Source: Octopus sinensis
Taxonomy: Eukaryota
NCBI RefSeq assembly: GCF_006345805.1
Contig: NC_043000.1
Coordinates: 150,846,001 to 150,910,000, forward strand
Direction of reading: 5' to 3'
DNA: 64,000 nt
Part shown: positions 13,389 to 24,300 of the stretch, piece by piece
How the letters are laid out: each line of letters starts with the position of its first letter
Numbering within the stretch: the stretch's first letter is position 1
Program-made: the position numbers and the translations under genes
Notes under the pieces: model-generated
The model's database searches: none
The model's input: the letters and a program-made list of their open reading frames with translations, nothing else
What the model was told of the DNA's origin: nothing

Positions 13389-13487
13389 TATATTAAATTA
13401 GAGATAAAACCACTATTAGGAAAATCATACAATGAAAAACTTAAGCCAATACATAAGATTAATTAATTTATATTATTTAAATATATA

Positions 13488-13895
13488 CTCTTTACTCTTT
13501 TACTTGTTTCAGTCATTTGACTGTGGCCATGCTGGAGCACCGCCTTTAGTCGAGCAAATCAACCCCGGGACTTATTCTTTGTAAGCTCAGTACTTATTCT
13601 ATCGGTCTCTCTTTTGCCGAACCGCTAAGTGACGGGGACGTAAACACACCAGCATCGGTTGTCAAGCAATGCTAGAGGGACAAACACAGACACACAAACA
13701 TATACATACACATACATACATATATATACATATATACGACAGGCTTCTTTCAGTTTCCGTCTACCAAATCCACTCACAAGGCATTGGTCGGCCCGAGGCT
13801 ATAGCAGAAGACACTTGCCCAAGATGCCACGCAGTGGGATTGAACCCAGAACCATGTGGTTGGTAGGCAAGCTACTTACCACACAGCCACTCCTG
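13488..13895 (-). mobile_element. Family-A SINE inserted in the left arm of the palindrome
   Basis: Nearly complete family-A copy; removing it restores the arm, which is contiguous on the right side. Confidence 0.95.
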
Positions 13896-13932
13896 ATAAT
13901 ATATCAAAATTATTAAAAAAGATAATTAATAT

Positions 13933-14001
13933 AACACTACGATCGTTTCATGGCTGTTCAATTCTTAAAATTTTCGAGTTACAGTCATTCTTCAGGTGGT
14001 T
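13933..14001 (-). ncRNA. Minimal type I hammerhead ribozyme, mirror copy
   Basis: Exact reverse complement of 14094-14162. Confidence 0.78.
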
Positions 14002-14093
14002 TACATATTTAACTTGGCGAGGTTTAATCAATGAACTATATATACATGTTAAAATACAATTCATTGATTAAACCTCGCCAAGTTAAATATGTA

Positions 14094-14162
14094 AACCACC
14101 TGAAGAATGACTGTAACTCGAAAATTTTAAGAATTGAACAGCCATGAAACGATCGTAGTGTT
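14094..14162 (+). ncRNA. Minimal type I hammerhead ribozyme
   Basis: AACCAC-CTGAAGA(14100-14106)-ATGACTGT..ACAGCCAT-GAAAC(14146-14150)-GATC-GTA-GTGTT; stem I CAC/GTG; palindromic stem III ACGATCGT; predicted cleavage after 14157. Confidence 0.8.
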
Positions 14163-14397
14163 ATATTAATTATCTTTTTTAATAATTTTGATATATATTT
14201 AAATAATATAAATTAATTAATCTTATGTATTGGCTTAAGTTTTTCATTGTATGATTTGCCTAATAGTGGTTTTATCTCTAATTTAATATAATATAATATT
14301 TTACTATAAAATTGGATTCAATCCTAAATCTGATTTTCCCCTGTAAGTTTGGATTTATTCCCTAATATTTTATTATATATATATATATATATATATC

Positions 14398-15905
14398 AAT
14401 GGAATTTGTATCTTTGTGGTACCAGTGCCGGTGGCACACAAGAAAACCATCCGAATGTGGCCGTAGCCAGTTCCGCACCGACTGGCCTCCGTGCTGTGGG
14501 CACGTAACAAACACCATCCGATTGTGGCCGTTCGCCAGCCTCATCTGGCACCTGTGTTGGTGGCACATAAAAACACCTTCCGAAGACCCGGCAAGACTAG
14601 TCAGGCCATAACCCATGGCCCCTACCTGGGACGTAGTCAGTCCACCTGTGCATACCTTCCTCCTTGTGATACTGGTGAAGGCCTGTTGAGGCAAGTGAAA
14701 ATCAAAATCAAATCATATCAAATCAAAATAGATGAACATCAATGGAATTTGTATCTTTGTGGTACCAGTGCCAGTGGCACACAAGAAAACCATCCGAACG
14801 TGGCCGTAGCCAGTACCGCACTGACTGGCCTCCGTGCTGTGGGCACGTAACAAACACCATCCGATCGTGGCTGTTCGCCAGCCTCATCTGGCACCTGTGT
14901 CGGTGGCACATAAAAACACCATCCGAAGACCCGGCAAGACTAGTCAGGCCATAACCTGTGGCCCCTACCTGGGACGTAGTCAGTCCACCTGTGCATACCT
15001 TCCTTCTTGTGACACTTGTGAAGACCTGTTGAGGCAAGTGAAAATCAAAAATCAAATCAAATCAAATCATATCAAATCAAAACAAATCAAATAGATGAAC
15101 ATTAATGGAATTTGTATCTTTGTGGTACCAGTGCTGGTGGCACACAAGAAAACCATCCGAACGTGGCCGTAGCCAGTACCGCATCGACTGGCCTCCGTGC
15201 TGTGGGCACGTAACAAACACCATCCGATCGTGGCCGTTCGCCAGTCTCATCTGGCACCTATGTCGGTGGCACATAAAAACACCATCCGAAGACCCGGCAA
15301 GACTAGTCAGGCCATAACCCGTGGCCCCTACCTGGGACGTAGTCAGTCCACCTGTGCATACCTTCCTTCTTGTGACACTTGTGAAGACCTGTTGAGGCAA
15401 GTGAAAATCAAAACAAATCAAAATAGATGAACATCAATGGAATTTGTATCTTTGTGGTACCAGTGCCGGTGCACACAAGAAAACCATCCGAACGTGGCCG
15501 TAGCCAGTACCGCATCGACTGGCCTCCGTGCTGTGGGCACGTAACAAACACCATCCGATCGTGGCCGTTTGCCAGCCTCATCTGGCACCTGTGTCGGTGG
15601 CACATAAAAACACCATCCGAGCGTGGCCGTCTGCCAGCCTCGTCTGGCACCTGTGTCGGTGGCACATAAAAAACACCATCCGAGCGTGGCCGTTTGCCAG
15701 CCTCGTCTGGCACCTGTGTCGGTGGCACATAAAATCACCCACTACACTCTCGGAGTGGTTGGCGTTAGGAAGGGCATCCAGCTGTAGAAACACTGCCAGA
15801 TCTGACTGGACTGGTGCAGCCTTTGGGCTCCCCAGACCCCAGTTGAACCGTCCAACCCATGCTAGCATAGAAAGCGGACGTTAAATGATGATGATGATGA
15901 TGATG
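14398..15905 (+). mobile_element. Family-D retroposon with four head-to-tail ~340-bp units
   Basis: Units start at 14398, 14741, 15104 and 15436; the first three end in (AAATC)n; the last carries ~60-bp sub-repeats and the RTE-type tail. Confidence 0.88.
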
Positions 15906-16460
15906 ATATATATATACACAATGTGTATGTTTGTGTCTGTTGCCCCCCACCCCCCACCGTGGCTTGACAATTGATGTTGGTGTGTTTACATCCCCATAGC
16001 TTAGTGATTCGGCAAAAGAGACCAATAGAATAAGTCCTGGGGTCAATTTGTTCAACTAAAACTCTTTAGGGCAGTGCTCCAGCATGGCTGCAGTCAAATG
16101 ACTGAAACAAGCAAAAGGCATAAAAGGCAAAAAAGCATGTCTTTACCTGTGATAGGTAACAGAAAGAATTGGTCACATGGAAGGCATCTAGAAATAAATG
16201 ACACCTTTAAAAAAGAAAAAAAAAAAGAAACAGCCAATACATACCTGCATAGAAAAATGGGCATAAAATGATAACAATGGAAATATATATTATACAGCTG
16301 CAGGAGTGGCTGTGTGGTAAGTAGCTTGCTTACCAACCACATGGTTCCGGGTTCAGTCCCACTGCATGGCACCTTAGGCAAGTGTCTTCTACTATAGCCT
16401 TGAGCCGACCAAAGCCTTGTGAGTGGATTTGGTAGACGGAAACTGAAAGAAGCCCATCGT

Positions 16461-16674
16461 ATATATATATAATGAGAAGGTTTACGAAAATAAACAAAAG
16501 ACGAAAGCAGGTGGAGTACAAACAAACAATTGTATTAGTATGGCGCTCAGGAATAGAAATAAAACAAGTCTTTTACATTTCGAGCCTACGCTCTTCGACA
16601 GAAAGATACACAGAAAAGAAACAAGGAGAGAAAAAAATGCGTGTAGGAGCTAACGGTCCATCATGGCTAACGGT

Positions 16675-16678
<4 letters not shown>
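16461..16678 (-). mobile_element. Short Penelope-like fragment inserted in (TA)n
   Basis: 218-bp non-SINE segment bounded by (TA)n on both sides; carries an HHR-like motif. Confidence 0.55.
16569..16606 (-). ncRNA. Variant-core minimal hammerhead-like motif
   Basis: Minus strand TCTTT-CTGTCGA-A-GAGC-GTAG-GCTC-GAAAT-GT-A-AAAGA; 5-bp stem I and 4-bp stem II; core deviates (A6U, extra A after A9, C15.2T). Confidence 0.5.
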
Positions 16679-16711
<33 letters not shown>

Positions 16712-16930
16712 TTTGTGTATCTGTGTTTGTCCCTCTGCCATCGCTTGACAACTGATGTTGGTGTGTTTACATCCCTGTAACTTAGCAGTTCGGCAAAAGA
16801 GACTGATAGAATAAGTACTAGGCTTACAAAGAATAAGTCCTAGGGTCGATTTCCTTGCCTAAAGGCAGTGCTCCAGCATGGCTACAGTCAAATGACTGAA
16901 ACAAATAAAAAAGAATCCACATCAACATAT

Positions 16931-17150
16931 ATGGGGGAATACCGAAAAGTTCTTGGTTTAAAAGGTATTGTGTATTATGGATGGTTGGAAGCCCAAGCTT
17001 CCGAGTTCTTTTACAAGGCTTAGAAAAAACTGAAGAACTGCTGCAATAAATGTATGAATGTGAGAGGGTGGAATATGTTGTATAAAATCACAATTAACTG
17101 ATATTCCTGTATTTTCTTTTACTCAAAGCCAGGAACTTTGCAGTATCTCT
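16931..17150 (+). mobile_element. Mariner-derived MITE retaining the transposase C-terminus
   Basis: Imperfect TIRs GGAATACCGAAAAGTTCTTGG and CCAGGAACTTTGCAGTATCTC; internal WLEAQASEFFYKA*KKLKNCCNKCMNVRG. Confidence 0.65.
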
Positions 17151-17505
17151 CTCCCTTTTCTCTTTTACTTGTTTCAGTCATTTGACTGCGGCCATGCTGG
17201 AGCACCGCCTTTAGTCGAGCAACTCGACCCCGGTACTTATTCTTTGTAAACCCAGTACTTATTCTATCGGTCTCTTTTGCCGAACCGCTAAGTGACGGGG
17301 ACGTAAACACACCAGCATTGGTTGTCAAGCAATGCTAGGGGGACAAACACGCACACATATATACATATACATATATACGACGGGCTTCTTTCAGTCTCCG
17401 TCTACCAAATCCACTCACAAGGCTTTGGTCAGCCCAAGGTTATAGTAGAAGACGCTTGCCCAAGGTGGCAAGCAAGCTACTTACCACACAGCCACTCCTG
17501 CGCCT
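17150..17505 (-). mobile_element. Family-A SINE with a small internal deletion
   Basis: Matches family A; tail-to-tail with the 16298-16910 copy. Confidence 0.92.
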
Positions 17506-17683
17506 ATCTCTTGTACATATTTGCAAAAATATACACTCACTCATGAATACAAGATATGCACCTGCACATCTACAAACTTTCAGCTGCATAGGTCTTTAAG
17601 AACTTTTCTTGTAGCTGTTTCACTAGGAAGATGGGCATTTGTAGTAGTACCCTTCCTTAGCTCAAACCTAAGCTGTAACTCAT

Positions 17684-18175
17684 TTAACGCTTTAGCATTC
17701 ACATTATTCTGTTAAATATAATGCTTATTTATTCACATTGTTTTGAATTTATCATGCATTACCTGATAGCTTTGATATTTTGGCCGCCTTGGTTGGCTTA
17801 CGTGCCGGTGGCACGTTAAAAGCACCAACCGATCGTGGCCGATGCCAGACCCCCCTGGCACCTGTGCAGGTGGCATGTAAAAAGCACCCACTACACTCAC
17901 GGAGTGGTTGGCGTTAGGAAGGGCATCCAGCTGTAGAAACACTGCCAGATCAGACTGGAGCCTGGTGCAGCCCCTGGCTTCCCAGACCCCGGTCGAACTG
18001 TCCAACCCGTGCTAGTGCGGAAAACAGACGTTAAATGATGATGATGATGTAACTGTTAATTTTTTTAATGATATTGTAGGGCTGGAGTAAGAGGCTAGAA
18101 CTGGCCAGCTTCAACATAGTTTGAACAGGTAGAATAATTTGGCTGGACATGGTTGGTTTAAATGCTAAAGGATTA
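17684..18175. mobile_element. TTAA-MITE carrying a nested family-D insertion (about 17775-18050)
   Basis: TTAACGCTTTAGCATTC..AATGCTAAAGGGATTAA ends resemble the 10772 MITE; interior has the D-family body and (GAT)n tail. Confidence 0.65.
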
Positions 18176-18336
18176 AGTTAATTTCCTTCTCAGTTTATTG
18201 TTTTATAACTTTTATCAATATCTTTTACTTGCTTCAGTCATTAGACTGTGGCCATGTTGGAGCATCACCATGAGGAATTTTTAATTTAATGAAGTGCTAA
18301 CAGTACTTGTATTTTTTGAAGTCTAGTACTCATTCT

Positions 18337-18744
18337 ACTATATGGCTCAGAAACCTGGACGTTATCAAAGAAGCTTGAGAGGCGGTTAGATGGAACCAAC
18401 ACTCGCCTCCTTATGAGAGCTCAAAATCTCTCGTGGAAGCGCCATCCAACCAAAATGCAAATATATGGGAAACTACCACCTGTGTCATCTCTTGTGAAAG
18501 GTAGGAGAGTCCAGTTTGCTGGACATTGTTGTAGAGCTGAAAACGAGGCAATTTCTACTCTTCTTCTCTGGAAGCCATCTACTTGCAATACCAGAGGGCG
18601 CACACTCTCCTACCCTGATGTAATCTCCAGGGATACAGGCATCCAGCAACAGGACCTCCGTAATGCCATGAGAGACCGTGAAGTCTGGCGTAGCATGGTA
18701 AATTCCATTGTCTCGACCACGGTTGAACAATGATGATGATGATG
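18337..18744 (+). mobile_element. 5'-truncated RTE-clade LINE with an open terminal frame
   Basis: LYGSETWTLSKKLERRLDGTNTRLLMRAQNLSW..QFAGHC..RDREVWR..VEQ*; (TGA)n tail; 12-bp TSD AGTACTCATTCT at 18325-18336 and 18745-18756; nested in an old family-A SINE. Confidence 0.92.
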
Positions 18745-18927
18745 AGTACTCATTCTCTTTTGTTGAATCCCTTAACTTCTGGGGACATAAACACACCAAT
18801 ACTAGTTGTCAAGCAGTGGTGAGGAACAAACACACACAGACATATATAAGATGAGCTTTCAGTTGTCACCTACCAAATCCACTCACAAGGCTTCGGTTGG
18901 CTGAGGCTATAGGAGAAGATACTTTAA

Positions 18928-19147
18928 CCCTTTAGCATTCAAACCGGCCATATCTGGCCAAAATATTTAACCTGTTTTATATTGAAACTGACCAGATCTC
19001 ACCTCTCACCTCAGCCCTACCATATCATTCTAAAACTAAAAAATCGCATCATTGAAATCTCTAAACTACAAGATAATGCAGGATTAATTCAAAACAATAT
19101 AAATAAACAAACATCACATTTGACAGAATAATCTGAACACTAAAGGG
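18928..19147. mobile_element. TTAA-flanked MITE
   Basis: TTAA|CCCTTTAG..CTAAAGGG|TTAA; reverse orientation of 10772-10992. Confidence 0.85.
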
Positions 19148-19254
19148 TTAATGCCCAAAGTGTCATGCAGTGGGACTGAACCTAGACCCATGTTATTGGG
19201 AAGCAAGCTTCTTACCAACCATCCCATACCTGCTCCTATACTCTTTCCGTTACC

Positions 19255-19490
19255 TTCATAACTTGGTTTAGTCCACTAGCTTGATGCTTCTGCAGTTGGT
19301 TCTTTCTATAGCATCTCATTTGTCCTTGTAACTATTGAGGATGATGTTGCTACACAAGTCATTGGGGATGGCTTCCTCTTGGACAGCATCATGAGATGAT
19401 TGGATGCTGATGATCGGATGCTGATGATTTGGCACGACTGACTGAATGTTCAACCTGTTTTGGTCACAGTGCATTTTGGCACTGGCGGTA
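19255..19490 (-). mobile_element. RTE RT N-terminal fragment
   Basis: QEEAIPNDLCSNIILNSYKDK*DAIERTNCRSIKLVD resembles the IPxDW..IV..YKGKGD....NYRGIKL motif. Confidence 0.7.
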
Positions 19491-19569
19491 AACACACACA
19501 CACACACACACACACATACTCACACACACATGCCACATGCATGTACAGAAATATACACATGCAGATTGA

Positions 19570-19935
19570 GAGAGAGAGAGAGAGAGTGGGTAATATGCAA
19601 GGAGGGAGAAAGAGTGGGCAATAAGGAAGGAGGGAGAGAGAGTGGGGAAGAAGGAAGAGTGGAGAGAGTGGGGAGATGGAAGGAAGGAGAGAGAGAGGGG
19701 GGAGAAGGAAGGAGCAAGGAAAAGTGGGGTAGAAGGAAGGAGGGAGAGAGAGTGGAGGAGAAGGAAGGAGGGAGAGAGAGGGAGAAGGAAGGAGGGAGAG
19801 AGAGAGGGAGAAGGAAGGAGGGAGAGAGAAAGGGAGAAGGAAGGAGGGAGAGAGCTGTGGGAGAAGGAAGGAGGGAGCGGGAGAGAGAGTGGGAAGGAAG
19901 GAAGGAGAGAGAGACACAAGGAAAGAGGGAGAGAA
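19570..19935 (+). repeat. Polypurine (GA-rich) degenerate minisatellite
   Basis: Repeated GGAGAAGGAAGGAGGGAGAGAG-like units; source of the ORFs at 19446-19962. Confidence 0.9.
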
Positions 19936-20039
19936 AAAGAGACATTACAATATATTAATTGAACACAAGTGATGTAAACACTTTTTCTCTCTTCATACAC
20001 ATAAATAGAAATATGCTCACACACATAAACAGAAAGAGT

Positions 20040-20105
<66 letters not shown>

Positions 20106-20229
20106 GAAAGAGAATGAGAGAAACATTACAACATCTGATGTCAAATAAATCAGCATCAAATCAGTGATGCCAAATAAGGAGTACCAAAATGGCAATGCCA
20201 AAATATCTCATATCTGTTGTACTACTTAA

Positions 20230-20640
20230 TTAATGGTCTGAATGACCAATGCACGACCCCCTTCACAGAACATTCTATGCATCTTAGCAACTATCTCTGA
20301 TGCCACAACTACTTTCCTTACCTTCCTATCCTAAAGAGCCATTTCAACCCTACAGCTATCAATTCCAAGAACTACTCCCTCTACTTGGGTCTTCTTGGGG
20401 GTAGTTTTTCTTCCCTCCAAGCAGTTTCCTCATTTACCAACCTCTTGTACCATTTCTGCATCTTTTGTTCCTCTTCTGCCATCCTAATTCATTCTCCCAA
20501 CTGCTTTTCAATCCATGATACTTCATGTCTCTAATCCTCATGTTTTAGAATATTGGCTAACCCCCTTGTGTTTCACTTTTCTCCAAGCAACACATCCTGA
20601 CATTCAGCATCTCTTTAGATACCTGGTGTAGTTCCCTTCC
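20230..20640 (-). mobile_element. Old RTE LINE C-terminal fragment
   Basis: Minus strand ..GRMN*DGRRGTK..LGIDSCRVEMAL*DRKVR.. resembles the RTE C-terminus; heavily decayed. Confidence 0.55.
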
Positions 20641-21177
20641 ATTTTTTTTTTTTTAGTTTGATTTCTGTGTCTTAGATTTATACATATTTCAATTTATTTT
20701 ATAATATTGCCTCCCGATACAATGTTTTTACCTCCTCCTCCTCCTCCTCCTCCTCCTCCTCCTCATCATCATCATCATCATCATCATCTACCTCTAAAAT
20801 GTGCTTACTCAATCTACTAAAAATAGCAACCAAATCTACCACAAATTACTTACATCTTTAAGAAGAAAACACTGTATTAATAGAGATGGTCATGATTGGA
20901 ATGTCCTTGATCACATGCTTCATCAGTCAGAGCCAATCTTCTGCTAGACTGCTACTGTTTCTTCTTCTTCTTCTTCTTCTTCTTCTTCTTCTAGATGAAC
21001 CAAAGGTGGGAACTATGTGGTCCTTTGACTTGCTAGTAATAGTAGCCAAATTTCTTCATACCATACCTGGTCTTAAAATGGGAAGGCCATATAGTACAAT
21101 GTCACTGTGGACTGAAGAATATAAAAAACAAAACAGAACAAGGATTTCACAGCTGGAATGGTCACAGGTCTGCTGAA

Positions 21178-21181
21178 TCAA

Positions 21182-21222
<41 letters not shown>

Positions 21223-21301
21223 ACTACTACTACTATTACAACTACTGCTGCTGCTGCTACTACCTCTACTACTACTACTACCTCTACTACTACTACTACC
21301 T

Positions 21302-21337
<36 letters not shown>

Positions 21338-21361
21338 TTACTACTACTACTGTTGCTGCTG

Positions 21362-21396
<35 letters not shown>

Positions 21397-21522
21397 GCTA
21401 CTGCTGCTGCTACTACAACTACTACTAGTACTACTAGTAGTAGCAACTACCACCACTACCACTACTACTACTACCACTGCTGCTGCTGCTGCTGCTACCG
21501 CCGCCGCCGCCGCTGCTGCTGT
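21178..21522. repeat. Compound (CTA/CTG/CCA/CCG)n trinucleotide array
   Basis: Directly visible; gives poly-L, poly-S and poly-V ORFs. Confidence 0.95.
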
Positions 21523-21700
21523 TATCCCTATCCTTGCTTCACTGGAACGGCTGTGTAATTTCCAATGATGTGCTTGTCTTGTCTTTCCACTTCTAATTTT
21601 GTATTGAATAAACACTGACTGCATCACATAAACACTTCCATTACATCCAGCTACATCATTTGCATTTGTCTCATACAAACACCCATTCACTTCTCTCTCT

Positions 21701-21737
<37 letters not shown>

Positions 21738-21844
21738 TGATCTACATTGCCGGCTTCATTTACATTTAACCTTCATCTTTACTTTGTTTTTAGCCATCAC
21801 AGATAAGGCCATACTGGAGTAGCAGCTCCTCTTACACACCTTGA

Positions 21845-23460
21845 CTGACTCCTGTGCTGGTGGCATGTAAAAAGCACCATTCAAGCATGGTCAATGCAAG
21901 TACTACCTGACTGGCCCTCATGCCAGTGACACATAAAAAGCACCCACCACTCTCTCAGAATGGTTCACATTAGGAAGAGCATCCAGCCGTAGAAACATTG
22001 CCAGATCGGATTGGAGGTTGGTACAGCCTTCTGGCTTGCCAGTCCCCAGTCAAACCATCCAACCCATGCCAGCACACACACACACACACACACACACCTA
22101 TCATCATCATCATCGTTGTTTAACATCCGCTTTCCATGCTGATATGGGTTGGACAGTTTAACTGAGGACTGGCAAGCTAGAAGACTGTACCAACCTCCAA
22201 TCCGATCTGGCAATGTTTCTACAGCTGGATGCTCTTCCTAATGTGAACCACTCTGAGAGAGTGGTGGATGCTTTTTATGTGCCACCAGCACGAGGGCCAG
22301 TCAGGTGGTACTGGCATCGAACCATGCTTGAATGGTGCTTTTTACATGCCACCAGCACAGGAGTCAGTCAAGGTGGCACTGGCAACAATCACGCTTGAAT
22401 AGTGCTTTTTACATGCCACTGACATAGAACCAGTCAGCTAGCACTGATATTGACCATGCTCAAAACGTGCTTTTTACATGCCACTGGTACCAGTCAGGCG
22501 GTACTGTTGTTGGCCACAACAATGACTTCACTTGACTCAACAGGTCTTTACAAGTGCAGTTTATCTTTGGATAATGTAGTCTTGGCTACATTATTCTGAA
22601 AAGATACAGGTTGGAAAAGCTTTGATCATAGGCTTGCTTTATTAGAGCTGCCCTGGTGGTGATGATAGTGGTGGGATAAACAAAAACAGAAATAAATACA
22701 AGCTGATCATATTCAACACCAAATGCTGAGTTTTATTCTGTTGTGTCTGAGGAGAGTAATTTTCTTTTTGTGCCTTATGATTTAACACATTCACCGGTAA
22801 AATTTCCCCTTCATCATCATCACCATCATCATCATCATCGTTTAACGTCCGCTTTCCATGCTAGTATGGGTTGGACGATTTGACTGAGGGCTGGCGAATG
22901 AGATGGCTGCAACAAACTCCAATCTGATCTGGCTGAGTTTCTACAACTTGATGCCTTTCCTAACGCCAACCACTCCCAGAATGTAGTGGGTGCTTTTACA
23001 TGCCACTGGCATGAGGGCTAGTTAGGTGGTACTGGCAACGACCATGCTCAAATGGTGCTTTTTATGTGCCACCTGCACGGGAGCCAGTCCAGCGGCACTG
23101 GCAACGACCTCGCTCAAATGTTTTTTCACGTGCCACCAGCACAAGTGCTAGTAAGGTGATGCAGGTAACGATCACACTCGAATGGTGTTTTTAATGTGCC
23201 ATCGGCATGGAGGCCAGCTTGTTGCTCTGGCAACAATTTCACTCATATGGTACTCTTAGCGCTCCACTAGCAACGAATACTAGTCACCGAGTTTGATTTC
23301 AATTTCGATTTCACTTGCCTCAACAGGTCTTCGCAATCGAGTTTGATTTTGATTTCACTTGCCCCAACAGGTCTTCGCAAGCAGAGTTTAGCGTCCAATG
23401 AAGGAAAGGCATGCATAAGTGGATTGGTTACACTCCTGGCATAGGCCACAAGGTTATGGT
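21845..23460. mobile_element. Cluster of three older family-D copies (+, -, -)
   Basis: Repeated GGTGCTTTTTACATGCCAC units, GGATGC(C/T)CTTCCTAA motif and (CAT)n tails; CpG-decayed. Confidence 0.8.
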
Positions 23461-23829
23461 CTCATTTTTATTTTCCTAAAATTTTCATGCGTCTTGCAAC
23501 CTTTTCAATATGATATTTCTAAAATTGATCTCCCCCTTCAAAAAACCCATTTCATTTACCAAGGTTCAAGAAGTTTAGTATAGTCCATGGGAAAGTATAG
23601 ATGGCCTTGTTGACCGGGTCCAGGATAATGAGTGGTTCATTAGCTATCACGGGTACTGCAATATATACAGTTTATGGTCAAGGAAATTGGCTGTATGTCT
23701 TTAATTTTTAAGAAAAAACTATGCAGTGCTGGTTGGTACAAATCAGTCTGTAGATATCGCTTGTAATGCACCAGTCAGGTAGAAAATATGAAGGTATCCC
23801 AGCTGCAATCATTCTGTTTTTTGGGACAT

Positions 23830-24300
23830 AGGTGCAGGTGTGGCTATGTGGTCAAGAAGCTTGCTTCCCATCCATGTGGTCTTGGGTTCAGTCCCACTGC
23901 ATGGCGCCTTGGGCAGGTGTCTTGTATCATAGCCTCAGGTTGACCAAAGCCTTGTTAGTGGATTTGGTTGATGGAAACTGGAAGAAGCCTGGTGTATATA
24001 TATGTTTTATGTGTGTGTGTGTATGTGTGTGTGTGCATGTGTGTTTGTGTGTGTGTTTGCTCATACATGCTATTATATGTATGTGTGTGTGTGTGTACCC
24101 TTATCTAGAAATTATATAAGCATCATCATGATATAAACGAAGTTACTTGTTTCCAGTCTTCTGTGAAAAAATTTGTCTAGCTAAATTTCCATGAAAAAAT
24201 TCGTTTGGAAACAAGTTGGTGACAGGAAGGGCATCCTACTAAGAAAAATCTTCCTCAACAAATTCCACCTGGAAAAGTGGACATCAAATGATGATGATGA
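23830..24300 (+). mobile_element. SINE with a family-A-like head and an RTE-type tail
   Basis: Head TAGGTGCAGGTGTGGCTATGTGG and CORE-like segment, then GGTGACAGGAAGGGCATCC..AAATGATGATGATG; similar tail at about 12640-12915. Confidence 0.7.

Larger units (their letters stand above)
13384..14372 (+). mobile_element. Penelope-like (pLTR-type) non-coding element with a 5' inverted duplication, inserted in (TA)n
   Basis: Arms 13384-13487 plus 13899-14035 versus 14060-14298 are near-perfect inverted repeats around a 24-nt loop; HHR motif in each arm; 3' end shared with the 34.9-kb element; (TA)n on both flanks. Confidence 0.75.
16298..16910 (+). mobile_element. Family-A SINE with an insertion in its internal (TA)n
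   Basis: 5' half ends about 16460 and 3' half resumes about 16710. Confidence 0.9.

Noticed and set aside
19446-20201. Long ORFs of 141-245 aa on both strands
   Set aside because: Translations of GA, CA and GACA repeats with no protein-like complexity.
21845-23260. CRISPR-like pattern: conserved GGTGCTTTTTAC(A/G)TGCCAC motif with variable ~35-bp spacers
   Set aside because: The spacers are mutually homologous, the array is internal to family-D retroposons, the DNA is eukaryotic, and there are no cas genes.
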